In this document: positions 42,694 through 51,917 of the stretch, piece after piece
Numbering within the stretch: the stretch's first letter is position 1
Layout of the letters: each line of letters begins with the position of its first letter
Assembly: GCA_964455085.1 (NCBI GenBank)
Contig: CAYVYJ010000007.1
Coordinates: 4,277-68,276, forward strand
From: an uncultured Planctomycetia bacterium
Lineage (GTDB): Bacteria > Omnitrophota > Gorgyraeia > Duberdicusellales > 4484-171
Direction: 5' to 3'
DNA: 64,000 bases
Translations under genes and position numbers: made by a program
Notes under the pieces: model-generated
The model's database searches: none
Told to the model about the DNA's origin: nothing
The model's input: the letters and a program-made list of their open reading frames with translations, nothing else

Positions 42694-43818
42694 TTACAGG
42701 AAGGAACTGGAGACAGTATCGGCGAAACAAAAGCCCTTTTTGGTCAAATAAACCCCGGTTATTTGCTTATTCCTCCAGCGATATTTAAGCAGACCGCTGC
42801 CTAGAAGTTGGTCCAAAGCCTTATTTTCGAAATTGGGAAAGTCATAACCGGTACGCCGCTTAAACCACTCAAAATCTATACCCTGTTTAGTTCTCACCTT
42901 TATCGCGGCTAATTCCTTAGCCTGCCGCCGCCTGGATAATGACTCACTAAAGACAACCGGATTCTGGCCTTTATCTAAACGTTCGATATATTCCCAAACA
43001 TCAGAAACATTCCTCTCTCGCCTACCCTTAATAAAAGACACTGCTGTCGGCCCTAAGCCTAAATAAGGGTTACCCTGCCAATAATTCATATTATGCTGGG
43101 ATTGAAAGCCTGGTTGGGCAAAATTGGAGATTTCATAGTGTTCAAATCCCTGTTTGCTGAGATAATTAACAGCCCCCATATACATCTTAGCCAGAAGCGC
43201 ATCATCCAAGGGTGTGATAAACTTTCGCTTAATCTGCAAAAATAAAGGAGTATTTTTCTCATAAGTCAGGCAATAGGTTGATATATGGTTGATGCCTGAT
43301 GAAACTGCCTGGTTTAATTCAGACAGCCAATCAGCTAAAGTCTCGCCCTCTGCGCCGAAAATTAAATCAATCCCTAGATCCTTAAACCCGGCTCCTTTGG
43401 CTAGTTTAATTGCCTGCTTTGCTTTTTCTGAGTCATGAACTCGGCCTAACTTTTTTAACTTGGAATCAAAGAACGACTGAACACCTATGCTGATCCGGTT
43501 AACTCCCCCTTCAATAAATAACTTAAGCTTATCCTGATCAATACTTTCGGGGTTAACTTCAATGGTAAACTCACTGAGATTCCCTGATATTGATCTCAAA
43601 CTTCCTAATAATTTCTTCAAACTGGTTATACTTAAGATACTGGGAGTCCCTCCTCCGATATAAATACTGGAGAACTCACTATCTAAAGCCTTTATCTGTC
43701 CACAAAGGGCCCCAACATAAGAGGCGGCCAAGCTCTGATCATAGACCAAGCTATAAAAATCACAATAAGGGCATTTTTTGCGACAAAAAGGTATGTGGAT
43801 GTATAATGATTTTAACAT
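42694..43818 (-). CDS. hemW: Radical SAM heme chaperone HemW
   Basis: LYIHIPFCRKKCPYCDF, GGGTPS, YEISNF, HNMNYW. Confidence 0.92.
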   Translation of the reverse strand: MLKSLYIHIPFCRKKCPYCDFYSLVYDQSLAASYVGALCGQIKALDSEFSSIYIGGGTPSILSITSLKKLLGSLRSISGNLSEFTIEVNPESIDQDKLKLFIEGGVNRISIGVQSFFDSKLKKLGRVHDSEKAKQAIKLAKGAGFKDLGIDLIFGAEGETLADWLSELNQAVSSGINHISTYCLTYEKNTPLFLQIKRKFITPLDDALLAKMYMGAVNYLSKQGFEHYEISNFAQPGFQSQHNMNYWQGNPYLGLGPTAVSFIKGRRERNVSDVWEYIERLDKGQNPVVFSESLSRRRQAKELAAIKVRTKQGIDFEWFKRRTGYDFPNFENKALDQLLGSGLLKYRWRNKQITGVYLTKKGFCFADTVSSSFL

Positions 43819-45312
43819 TTACGGTTGCAGGGCATTAGATAACTTGTCTAAATTATAGTGTGCTTGGCTAAGAAAGGGGTTAATTCTTATGGCTTGCTTG
43901 TAAGCTGCTATTGCCTGATTATTCCTGCCGATACTGGCGTAAAGGCCGGCGAGATTATTATAAGCGACCGCATAATTAGGGCTGATCTCTATTGCTCTCC
44001 GGTAAGCGGCTATTGCTTTTTTAGTCTCACCTAAGGCACTATCGGCAATACCAAGATTATTATAGGCCCGGGCATAATCAGGATACAGGGCTATAGCCGT
44101 TTTGAATTCCTCAACCGCCTTTTGATAATTTCTCTCGGTAAGATATAAATAACCCATATTATTGTGGGTTCGGGGATTTTCAGGAGAAGCTTCCAGGCTT
44201 CTTATACAAAATGTGGCCTTATCCTGCCAGTCTTGATTCCTTAGGAATGTCCTCAGGGAGTAAGCGCCGATTATCAATACGATAAATATAGCCAGAGTAT
44301 TCCTCACTTTAGGAACGGAAAGGTATTTTTCAAAAACAAAAGCAGCAAAAATCGCCAGGGCGATTGAAGGAAGATAAAGATAACGTTCAGCCACAATCCA
44401 ACCGACCCTAAAGGGGCTAAAGCTGGGGACTAAGAAAAGTACAAATAAACCTAAGCCAAAGAAAAGTGGTTTTGCTTTTTTAAATAAGAACAGGGATAAA
44501 CCAGCGATTGCAAACAAAAACCCTACCTCAGGTGAGAAGAAATGTTCAACAACATACATCGGGTCGTGATAAAGTGAGAGTTTTACCGGCCAGAAGAGCA
44601 GTTTTGCATGCTCAAATAAAGAAAAAGCAATCTTAAAAAAAGGGTTTTTAATGTCTACAGAAGGGGGAATTGCCTGAAAAACATCTATATGGCGGATAAT
44701 TGCTGAACTCTTTACCAATATCCAGGATAAAATAATTAAAATGTAAGGCAGCCAGAGTTTCCAATTTCTACGCACTCTCTTATAAGTAAAATCATAAACT
44801 ATAATCATCCCGGGATAAAGCAGCATGTACCAGCCGACGCTAAAAGGATTACAAAACAGGATTGAAAATATATAAGGGATTTTTTTTAGTTTCTCCCCCG
44901 CGGTAGCCCGGTAATAGAGAAGAAAAGAACCTAGGATAAGTAACCCTGCGACTGGATAAGGCTTTCCGGAAATCCAGCTTACCGCTTCACTGTGTATCGG
45001 ATGGCTGGAAAATAAGAGTACTCCCAAAAAACTGGGCCAGAGGCTAAAAAAAGTTAACAAAAGATAGAAGACTAAAACTGAAACCGCACAATGGAGGGCA
45101 ATGCTGCTGATATGGTAAAGAGCAGGATTTAACCCGCCGATTTTATAGGTGATAAAATTAAGCAGGGCTGGCAAATCGCCGCTGGATGGCATCTCACCAA
45201 TATGAGGATTCTTCTCAATGGCCTCAACATCATCGGATATAAACTCCCCGCCGATTGAGTTAGCATATATCCCGATGCATAAAGCGATGATTATAAATAT
45301 AAACTTTGCCAT
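43819..45312 (-). CDS. TMTC-like GT-C membrane glycosyltransferase with C-terminal TPRs
   Basis: FISDD, HPIHSEAVSWISG, AERYLYLP, RNQDW then 4 TPRs; multiple TM helices; start at ATG 45312. Confidence 0.85.
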   Translation of the reverse strand: MAKFIFIIIALCIGIYANSIGGEFISDDVEAIEKNPHIGEMPSSGDLPALLNFITYKIGGLNPALYHISSIALHCAVSVLVFYLLLTFFSLWPSFLGVLLFSSHPIHSEAVSWISGKPYPVAGLLILGSFLLYYRATAGEKLKKIPYIFSILFCNPFSVGWYMLLYPGMIIVYDFTYKRVRRNWKLWLPYILIILSWILVKSSAIIRHIDVFQAIPPSVDIKNPFFKIAFSLFEHAKLLFWPVKLSLYHDPMYVVEHFFSPEVGFLFAIAGLSLFLFKKAKPLFFGLGLFVLFLVPSFSPFRVGWIVAERYLYLPSIALAIFAAFVFEKYLSVPKVRNTLAIFIVLIIGAYSLRTFLRNQDWQDKATFCIRSLEASPENPRTHNNMGYLYLTERNYQKAVEEFKTAIALYPDYARAYNNLGIADSALGETKKAIAAYRRAIEISPNYAVAYNNLAGLYASIGRNNQAIAAYKQAIRINPFLSQAHYNLDKLSNALQP

Positions 45313-45371
45313 TATTGTACTTCTGCCTCTGCGAAAATAGTATATCACATAATCAAAGCCAATTAAACTCC

Positions 45372-45400
45372 TTGCCGACTTAAATATTTTTATCTATAAT
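45372..45400 (+). promoter_or_regulatory. Sigma70 promoter for splB-like gene (divergent extended -10 TGATATACT at 45339-45347 on minus strand)
   Basis: TTGCCG-N17-TATAAT ending 11 nt before ATG 45412. Confidence 0.7.
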
Positions 45401-45411
45401 TAACAATAACT

Positions 45412-46836
45412 ATGAGAGACCTTGAGCTTAAAAGATTAAAAAAGATAATCGAAGGCACCTTTTCGCTTTCCTTGAGTCAAAATCAATTGCGCGATCTGAC
45501 CCGGCTTATCTTTGAGATTGCCCGAAGAAAAAAGATCAGTCTCCAAGAAGTTATTGCTTATCTAAAACAAAATGTTCCCAGCCAAAGGCATCCCGGAAAG
45601 AATAAATTCCGGGCTTTAAAAAATACCCTGATCAAATATCGTTTTCCTAAAACAGCAAAATACGGCCGAATTGATAGTAAAAAAATATTTCTAAACAAAC
45701 TAAGGGAACCTTTAGCCGATAATTGGCAAGTAAAATCTAAGTTTAGACCCTTAAAAGTATTGGTAGAAAAGGGAGTCAAGAAGAGCCAGCTTTTAACTAA
45801 TTTTCAGAAAAAATTCCCCAATCTAGAAGTTCAGGAAATTGACTATTATAGCCGTTATTTAGCCAAGAATAAATTTAGGGTTGCTCAGTTAAAAAAACCT
45901 CTGGTATTTATCATAAAAGAAAGGGGTGATTTTATAAAAAGGTGCCCCTGCACTAGGGGACACTTAAGCTGCGGCTACTGGATATTCAATCTCGGCTTTG
46001 GCTGTCCCTTTGACTGCTCATATTGCTTTCTCCAGCAATACAGTAACTTTCCGGGAATAATTTTGCCGGCAAACATTGAGGACTTCTTTATTAGCTTTGA
46101 TAAATTTTACCGGAATCTAAAAAAACCGATAAGAATTGGAACCGGTGAGTTCTCTGACTCTTTAGCGCTTGATGATATAACTGAATACTCACAACTTCTA
46201 ATTCCCTACTTTGTAAAGAAAAACCTTCTCTTTGAGCTTAAGACAAAGAGCAGCAAAATCACTAACCTGCTTAAGTTAAAAATCTCATCTCCCAAGATTA
46301 TCATTTCTTGGTCATTAAGCCCGGAAATGATTATTGCCAGTGAGGAAAAAGGAACCGCCAGCTTAAGCGTGAGGCTGGAAGCAGCCAAAAAGATTCAAGG
46401 CGCCGGATTGGGAATCGGCTTTCACTTTGACCCGATTATTCATTGTGAAGGGTGGGAGAAACTATATGCTGAACTTATCGATAAGTTATACAGCTGCCTT
46501 TCGGGTCCTTTTGCCTGGATAAGTTTAGGTACTCTGCGTTGCCAACGCCAGCTAAAAACAATTGCCGAGTTGCGCTTCCCGCAAAGCGATATTTTTTACG
46601 GAGAGTTATTCTTAGGTAAAGACAAAAAGCTACGTTACCCTGGATTTATCAGGGATGAAATCTACCGAAAGATAATTAAGTGGATAAGAAACTTTGATCA
46701 GAAGACGCCGATTTATCTCTGCATGGAAGACGAATCAACCTGGACTAATCAAAGAGGATTAGTTTCAACTTCTGATGTCGCCAGCTCCCTTATTTCTTAC
46801 CGGGACAGGTCCCATATAAAAAAGCCAAACTGCTAA
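45412..46836 (+). CDS. Spore photoproduct lyase family radical SAM protein with N-terminal extension
   Basis: CPCT...CGY, GCPFDCSYCFLQ, RIGTGEFSDSL, ELKTKS, FHFDPII, YLCME. Confidence 0.88.
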   Translation: MRDLELKRLKKIIEGTFSLSLSQNQLRDLTRLIFEIARRKKISLQEVIAYLKQNVPSQRHPGKNKFRALKNTLIKYRFPKTAKYGRIDSKKIFLNKLREPLADNWQVKSKFRPLKVLVEKGVKKSQLLTNFQKKFPNLEVQEIDYYSRYLAKNKFRVAQLKKPLVFIIKERGDFIKRCPCTRGHLSCGYWIFNLGFGCPFDCSYCFLQQYSNFPGIILPANIEDFFISFDKFYRNLKKPIRIGTGEFSDSLALDDITEYSQLLIPYFVKKNLLFELKTKSSKITNLLKLKISSPKIIISWSLSPEMIIASEEKGTASLSVRLEAAKKIQGAGLGIGFHFDPIIHCEGWEKLYAELIDKLYSCLSGPFAWISLGTLRCQRQLKTIAELRFPQSDIFYGELFLGKDKKLRYPGFIRDEIYRKIIKWIRNFDQKTPIYLCMEDESTWTNQRGLVSTSDVASSLISYRDRSHIKKPNC

Positions 46837-46961
46837 AGGATTTTTTAGCTAAATTTAAGATTTTTATTCAAAAAAGTGCTTTGAAAAAACAGCGTTTTTT
46901 TCCGAAATTTGCGAAAAAAAGCTAAGTCTGGTAAGGAAAATTTAAGTGGGACCTGTCCCGG
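46800..46961. repeat. 162-bp segment bounded by perfect 15-bp inverted repeats (MITE/REP-like)
   Basis: CCGGGACAGGTCCCA (46800-46814) and TGGGACCTGTCCCGG (46947-46961) with AT-rich interior. Confidence 0.75.
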
Positions 46962-46968
46962 ATTGGAT

Positions 46969-48879
46969 TTAGTAGAGTTTTTCGATTTTAGTCTGGGGGA
47001 AGTAGTGGTTAATTATCTGATGATAATTATAACCATTGTTGGCCATACCCACAGCCCCATCCTGACACATACCGGTTCCGTGGCCAAATCCTGCTCCCCA
47101 TAAAAAAAGCATTGAAGACTCACCATTAGGCAATAATTTCCGCTCCAGCTTAAAAGCACTACTCCTTAAGTGGTCAAAATAATTTCTTATGGTTAAACTG
47201 TCACCTAAATCTCTACTTCCCCTTGAGGTAATGATTTCGATCTCTTTATAACGAAAACAATCCCCTCTCTTCTTGGGAAGAACCGCTTTTAAATCTTTGA
47301 TTTCATATCCGAAAGCAATCAAGAAATCTTCCCGGTCATAGACCCGTTGCCAGCGAAATTTACTGCGGCTGCTTTTGCGGCAAAAACTTATCTGGGGGCT
47401 ATCGAACCAACGTTCCTTGCTGTAGGCAGAATCGGGAAGCTCTAAATTAAGGGTATCGCGCTTATTGACCAGATGGTTACTGCGGCCAAAGACATCGGCC
47501 GCTAAGCATCCACCGCAATTAGCATGGAAAAGTGCTTCGATAGGATTATCTTGATAAACAATAATTTCACCCCTGGTATCTTTAATTGCCGCCAGTGTAG
47601 CTGGGGCCTCGGCTGATATCCCCTGATAAACCTGACAATGCACCTGGGGGCAAAAATCAAAACCTTCATTTTTATGCCGCCCTAAGTTCCTATAGCCAAA
47701 AGTTCGCGCTGCCACAGCCTGAGCCCTAAGTGCTTGGGGATGGGCCTTAGCCGAAACTTCGGCTGATAAAACTCCGTAGAGGTATTCTTCAATTGTTAAA
47801 CTATTAATTAGGTTCAAGGTTCCATTATTTATAACTACCTCCAAATCGCCGCGATAGGCCCGGTCAGCCTCGCTATGCCAAAAGTCCCCCTTACCAAAAA
47901 TAAGATCTAAGACGTAAAATGATGATTTTTTTCCTTGAGAATCTTGAGCAACGATTTTGAGCGGGCCGGTAAAAGTTGCGTATTTGCTTCCCCCTTCATA
48001 ATCTCTTAAGACTGCTTTTCCTTCGCTAACAATAAGGGTATAAAGCTTATTGGCCCGGGCTACGAAAGAGGCATCGTCACTGCTAATTAAGAATTTACTT
48101 CCACAAAGAAAAGAAAACTTATTTAAATCTCTGGCTAGACCAACTCTGACCAAGGGGATGTTTTCTTCCTGAAGGTAAGTAGCTAGTTTAACTTTTTTTC
48201 TTCTGGCTTGCTTTTTTTCCTTCTGAGCTCTAAAGAAATCATCACCTAAACTCTGCTTTGCGGCCTTGAACTTTTTCTGGATTACTCCAACCTGGGGATA
48301 AAAATTTATTGCCTTCGATAACAGCTTATAAGCATCCTGATTCGCGCCTTGTTCATAAAGACAGAGGCCTAGATAGTAATAAGCTAACCTTACACTGGAA
48401 TCAAATTTAATCAGGGCGGAAAAATACTGGGCAGCTTTTTTATGCTCGCCCCGCCTGCGGTAAATCTTTCCTAAACGAAAGTAAGCGATAGTATTGGGTT
48501 CTAACTTTAAGGATTTTGTGTAATTGGTTATTGCTAGATCCTCTTTGCCTAAATCCTCATAGATTAAACCGAGATAAAGAAAGTCCGGCCATTCTTTCTC
48601 CTTCAGGCTCTTAAAACTAGCCAAGGCTCCTCTGCTTCTCCCGCTGAGAAATTCCAACCTTCCCCGGTATTGCAGCAGGTGAGGATTCTTACTAAAAACT
48701 TTAGTCTTATTTAAAACATCGATGGCTTTAGCGTATTCCCCTGATTCTTTAAACAAGGTGGCAATATCCAAGTAATCTTCCAAGGCTAATTCTTTACTCT
48801 CAAAAGATAGAGGTTTTGCCAACGACTTCGGCGGAAGGAATAATAATCCCGAGATTAAGAACAAAATCAGAAATCGCAT
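46969..48879 (-). CDS. TPR + SpoIID/LytB domain protein (putative lytic transglycosylase)
   Basis: Signal peptide, TPRs, YRG, EEYLYGVLSAE, ALRAQAVAART, CQVY, GFGHGTGMCQDGA. Confidence 0.9.
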   Translation of the reverse strand: MRFLILFLISGLLFLPPKSLAKPLSFESKELALEDYLDIATLFKESGEYAKAIDVLNKTKVFSKNPHLLQYRGRLEFLSGRSRGALASFKSLKEKEWPDFLYLGLIYEDLGKEDLAITNYTKSLKLEPNTIAYFRLGKIYRRRGEHKKAAQYFSALIKFDSSVRLAYYYLGLCLYEQGANQDAYKLLSKAINFYPQVGVIQKKFKAAKQSLGDDFFRAQKEKKQARRKKVKLATYLQEENIPLVRVGLARDLNKFSFLCGSKFLISSDDASFVARANKLYTLIVSEGKAVLRDYEGGSKYATFTGPLKIVAQDSQGKKSSFYVLDLIFGKGDFWHSEADRAYRGDLEVVINNGTLNLINSLTIEEYLYGVLSAEVSAKAHPQALRAQAVAARTFGYRNLGRHKNEGFDFCPQVHCQVYQGISAEAPATLAAIKDTRGEIIVYQDNPIEALFHANCGGCLAADVFGRSNHLVNKRDTLNLELPDSAYSKERWFDSPQISFCRKSSRSKFRWQRVYDREDFLIAFGYEIKDLKAVLPKKRGDCFRYKEIEIITSRGSRDLGDSLTIRNYFDHLRSSAFKLERKLLPNGESSMLFLWGAGFGHGTGMCQDGAVGMANNGYNYHQIINHYFPQTKIEKLY

Positions 48880-48900
48880 AACTTTTTAAGAAAACAGTTT

Positions 48901-49725
48901 TTAAGCCGGGTGGGTAAGCTTTTGTTTCCCTACTATAGGGATTCCCCATCTTTTTGCTAAGGACAAAAACTTATCTTTCTCTAAAATGATTACCTTGCTA
49001 TCCTCCAGTACTAAGGCGGCTGCCCTGATACGCTTAAGAAGCTTTAAAGTAGAAATTCCTACCACCGGGACATCAAAACGTAAATCCTGATTGGCTTTAG
49101 CGAATTTCAATATAACGCAACCCTTACCAGCCAAGTTATAAGCGCGTTTGATGGTGTTATTAGTCCCCTCCAGAGATTCTAAGGCCACTACCCCTCTTCC
49201 TCTTACGCCTACAGTCTGCCCAACATCTAACTCTACGAACTTTGCTACTATATCTAAACCAAAATCAATATCTTTCACGGTTTCATTAGCTAAACTTAAG
49301 CCATTGATCACCCCGGGGGTGGCTAGATCACTTTTAAGATAAAGCGTAGAATCGATAAATTTGACTCCTGTATTCTCTAAATAGCTGATCATCTTCTCAA
49401 ATATAGTATGGGGACGGAAATCATCAGTATCACTCAATAAGGAAGTTAATTCTTGATCCCAGCAGCTCTTGCGGAAAATATATAAAGGGTTGATCTGGCC
49501 GGCCATGATAACTTGGCTAAGGCTCTCATCCTTTAAGGCTCGGCGCAAATCCGACAATGCCCCTACTGAGAGCCAATAACACTTATCAACATACTGATTA
49601 ATAGCCTTAAGGGTCTGTCCCTTAAAACAGAAGGCGATAACTTCACAACTCTTATCCTTTTCTTTGATTCTCTGGACAAGAATTAAAGGCAGGAGGCGAT
49701 TACCAGCAATAATTCCTAATCTCAT
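48901..49725 (-). CDS. lpxI: UDP-2,3-diacylglucosamine diphosphatase LpxI
   Basis: LGIIAGNRLLP, DVGQTV, ALESLEGT, QDLRFDVPVVG; follows lpxA. Confidence 0.92.
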   Translation of the reverse strand: MRLGIIAGNRLLPLILVQRIKEKDKSCEVIAFCFKGQTLKAINQYVDKCYWLSVGALSDLRRALKDESLSQVIMAGQINPLYIFRKSCWDQELTSLLSDTDDFRPHTIFEKMISYLENTGVKFIDSTLYLKSDLATPGVINGLSLANETVKDIDFGLDIVAKFVELDVGQTVGVRGRGVVALESLEGTNNTIKRAYNLAGKGCVILKFAKANQDLRFDVPVVGISTLKLLKRIRAAALVLEDSKVIILEKDKFLSLAKRWGIPIVGKQKLTHPA

Positions 49726-50504
49726 TTACTCAAGCCTCTCTTCGAGGAAGAAATGAAGTCAAAAAGATTTTCTAACTCTTTAGAAGGCGGTAAGCTCTTG
49801 CGAACCAATTCTCTACTTTTGGCCAAGGAATGGTTGTCAAAAAAGATTATTTTGAAGGCTTTCTTTAATTCCTTGATTCGAGAAGATGAAAACTTTGCTC
49901 GTCTTAATCCTACTAAATTAAGTCCACAAATCACCGCAGGATGGCCGTCACACATTGAGTAAGGCGGGATATCCTGGACGACTTTCGAACAACCCCCGAT
50001 TATCGAAAAATCACCTAAACGGCAGAATTGATGTATTGCCACCAATCCTCCGATAACCACCTTATTGCCGATTCTTACATAACCGGCCAGGGTGGCAACA
50101 TTAGCTAAAACATTACCGTCGCCAATCTTACAGTCATGGGCAATATGCGAGTAAGCCATGATCAGATTATTATTACCAATAATTGTCTTAGTGTCTTTAT
50201 CAGTCCCGGGATTAATAGTAACAAACTCTCTTATCCGGTTGTTATCGCCAATAATCAGAAAACTTCTCTCACCCTTATATTTCAAATCTTGGGGTATATT
50301 TCCCACTACCGCATAAGGGAAGATATGACAGGATTGGCCCACCTCGGTATAGCCTAAAACCTGGGCAAAAGAGTCAATAAGACAACCAGCACCAATCTTG
50401 ACATTCTCTCCAATTACCGCATAGGGGCCGATTTTTACATTTTTGCCTAACTCGGCCTTGGGGCTAACTATAGCTTTGGGATCAATTTGAACAGACACGC
50501 TCAC
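49722..50504 (-). CDS. lpxA: UDP-N-acetylglucosamine O-acyltransferase
   Basis: Hexapeptide repeats, PQDLKYKGE, IREFVTI, HIAHDC, HQF. Confidence 0.97.
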   Translation of the reverse strand: MSVSVQIDPKAIVSPKAELGKNVKIGPYAVIGENVKIGAGCLIDSFAQVLGYTEVGQSCHIFPYAVVGNIPQDLKYKGERSFLIIGDNNRIREFVTINPGTDKDTKTIIGNNNLIMAYSHIAHDCKIGDGNVLANVATLAGYVRIGNKVVIGGLVAIHQFCRLGDFSIIGGCSKVVQDIPPYSMCDGHPAVICGLNLVGLRRAKFSSSRIKELKKAFKIIFFDNHSLAKSRELVRKSLPPSKELENLFDFISSSKRGLSK

Positions 50505-50547
50505 CTCGGGTATTTGCTGTGTTTAAAACACCTGCCAATTCTTGGTA

Positions 50548-50576
50548 ATTATATCAAAAAAGTAAAGGTGAGGCAA
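50548..50576 (-). promoter_or_regulatory. Internal sigma70 promoter upstream of lpxA
   Basis: TTGCCT-N17-TATAAT with extended TG. Confidence 0.65.
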
Positions 50577-50597
50577 TATAAAGTCAAGGAAGGTTAT

Positions 50598-51917
50598 TTA
50601 AGCTTTAACCAGGGCAAACATAAGTTCAGCCTCGGCAACCACCTTTTCATTAACAAAAGCCTTGGTGATAACTGATCCGGTCTTACTTCTTATTTTTCCG
50701 GAAACAACCTCTATAACTAGCTGGTCGCCCGGGACAACGGTTTTTCTAAATTTAATATTGTTGGCAGCCATAAAATAGGCCAATTTGCCCTTATGTTCTT
50801 CACAGGCCAGCATAAGCACTCCACCAACCTGTGCCATTGCTTCCACGATTAAAACACCAGGCATAATCGGTTTGCCGGGAAAATGCCCCTGGAAAAAATA
50901 CTCATTCATAGTAACACTCTTTATCCCCACTGCTTTCTTGCCCTTTTCAAGATAAACTATTCTATCTACCAAGAGAAAAGGATATCGATGAGGTAATATC
51001 TGCATTATCTCTTCAGTATTAAGCTCTGGTTTTTCGGGGATATAAAAAGTTTGAGACCCTATTCCGGCGCTCCGAGATCTTTCTTGGTATTTACGCAGTT
51101 TCTCCAATAATCTTATATTCAAAGAGTGTCCGCCTCTTACGGCAATTATATGCCCTCTAACCGGACCGGCCAAATATAAGTCGCCGATTAAATCCAAAAT
51201 TTTATGCTTAACAAACTCATCTTCAAGCCGCAATTCATTATCAAGAATCTTCTTATCCGACACAACCAAAGTATTCTTATAGTTGGCTCCTTTTCCTAAC
51301 CCCATGTTTAACAATGATTTAACCTCAGTATCTAAACAAAAGGTTCGGGCTTCGTAAAGATCCTCCTTTAAATCGCCGTTAATGGTTATATCAATGTAAC
51401 CGGCGCCAACTATCGGATTATCATAACTTAAAACATAAGAGATGCGCAGGCTATGATAAGGCAAAGCTACGATACTAGCCGAATCTTCCTCAACCCATAA
51501 AGGTTCTCTTATTATTAAACGGTTTCGTGTTGATTCCTGCTCCTGCCAGCCAACTTTTCTTATCCCCTCCACAAAATCTTTAGCGCTTCCGTCTAAACCA
51601 GGGACTTCGTCACCCCAAATATTTACCTGCAGATTATCAATACCCAAAAGATGTAAAGCTGCCATCAGATGCTCAACAGTATGAACATATACACCACCTG
51701 CACCAATAGAGGTGCGCCGCGGGAATTGCTCAGGATCTAGGACAGAATAAGAGTTTGCCTTAACTAAAGAAGAAGCTTTGATATCCTTCCTCAAAAAAGT
51801 TATTCCCGAATCTACCGGTGCCGGAAGAAGTTCCAGCTTAGTCTCTTTTCCGGCATGCAGCCCAATGCCTTCTAATGATATTTTACCTTTAATTGTTCTT
51901 TGTTTATCGGCCTTCAT
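50598..51917 (-). CDS. lpxC-fabZ: Bifunctional LpxC/FabZ
   Basis: QRTI, TVEHLMAAL, HKILDLIGDL then LPHRYPFLLVDRI, FFQGHFPG.PIMPGVLIVEAMAQ. Confidence 0.96.
   Translation of the reverse strand: MKADKQRTIKGKISLEGIGLHAGKETKLELLPAPVDSGITFLRKDIKASSLVKANSYSVLDPEQFPRRTSIGAGGVYVHTVEHLMAALHLLGIDNLQVNIWGDEVPGLDGSAKDFVEGIRKVGWQEQESTRNRLIIREPLWVEEDSASIVALPYHSLRISYVLSYDNPIVGAGYIDITINGDLKEDLYEARTFCLDTEVKSLLNMGLGKGANYKNTLVVSDKKILDNELRLEDEFVKHKILDLIGDLYLAGPVRGHIIAVRGGHSLNIRLLEKLRKYQERSRSAGIGSQTFYIPEKPELNTEEIMQILPHRYPFLLVDRIVYLEKGKKAVGIKSVTMNEYFFQGHFPGKPIMPGVLIVEAMAQVGGVLMLACEEHKGKLAYFMAANNIKFRKTVVPGDQLVIEVVSGKIRSKTGSVITKAFVNEKVVAEAELMFALVKA

Noticed and set aside
46909-47103. 64-aa plus-strand ORF spanning the right inverted repeat
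   Set aside because: TTG start, mostly antisense to the SpoIID gene, no motif support
50598-51917. LpxC-FabZ fusion as novelty
   Set aside because: Well known in Bacteroidota, Chlorobi and PVC lineages
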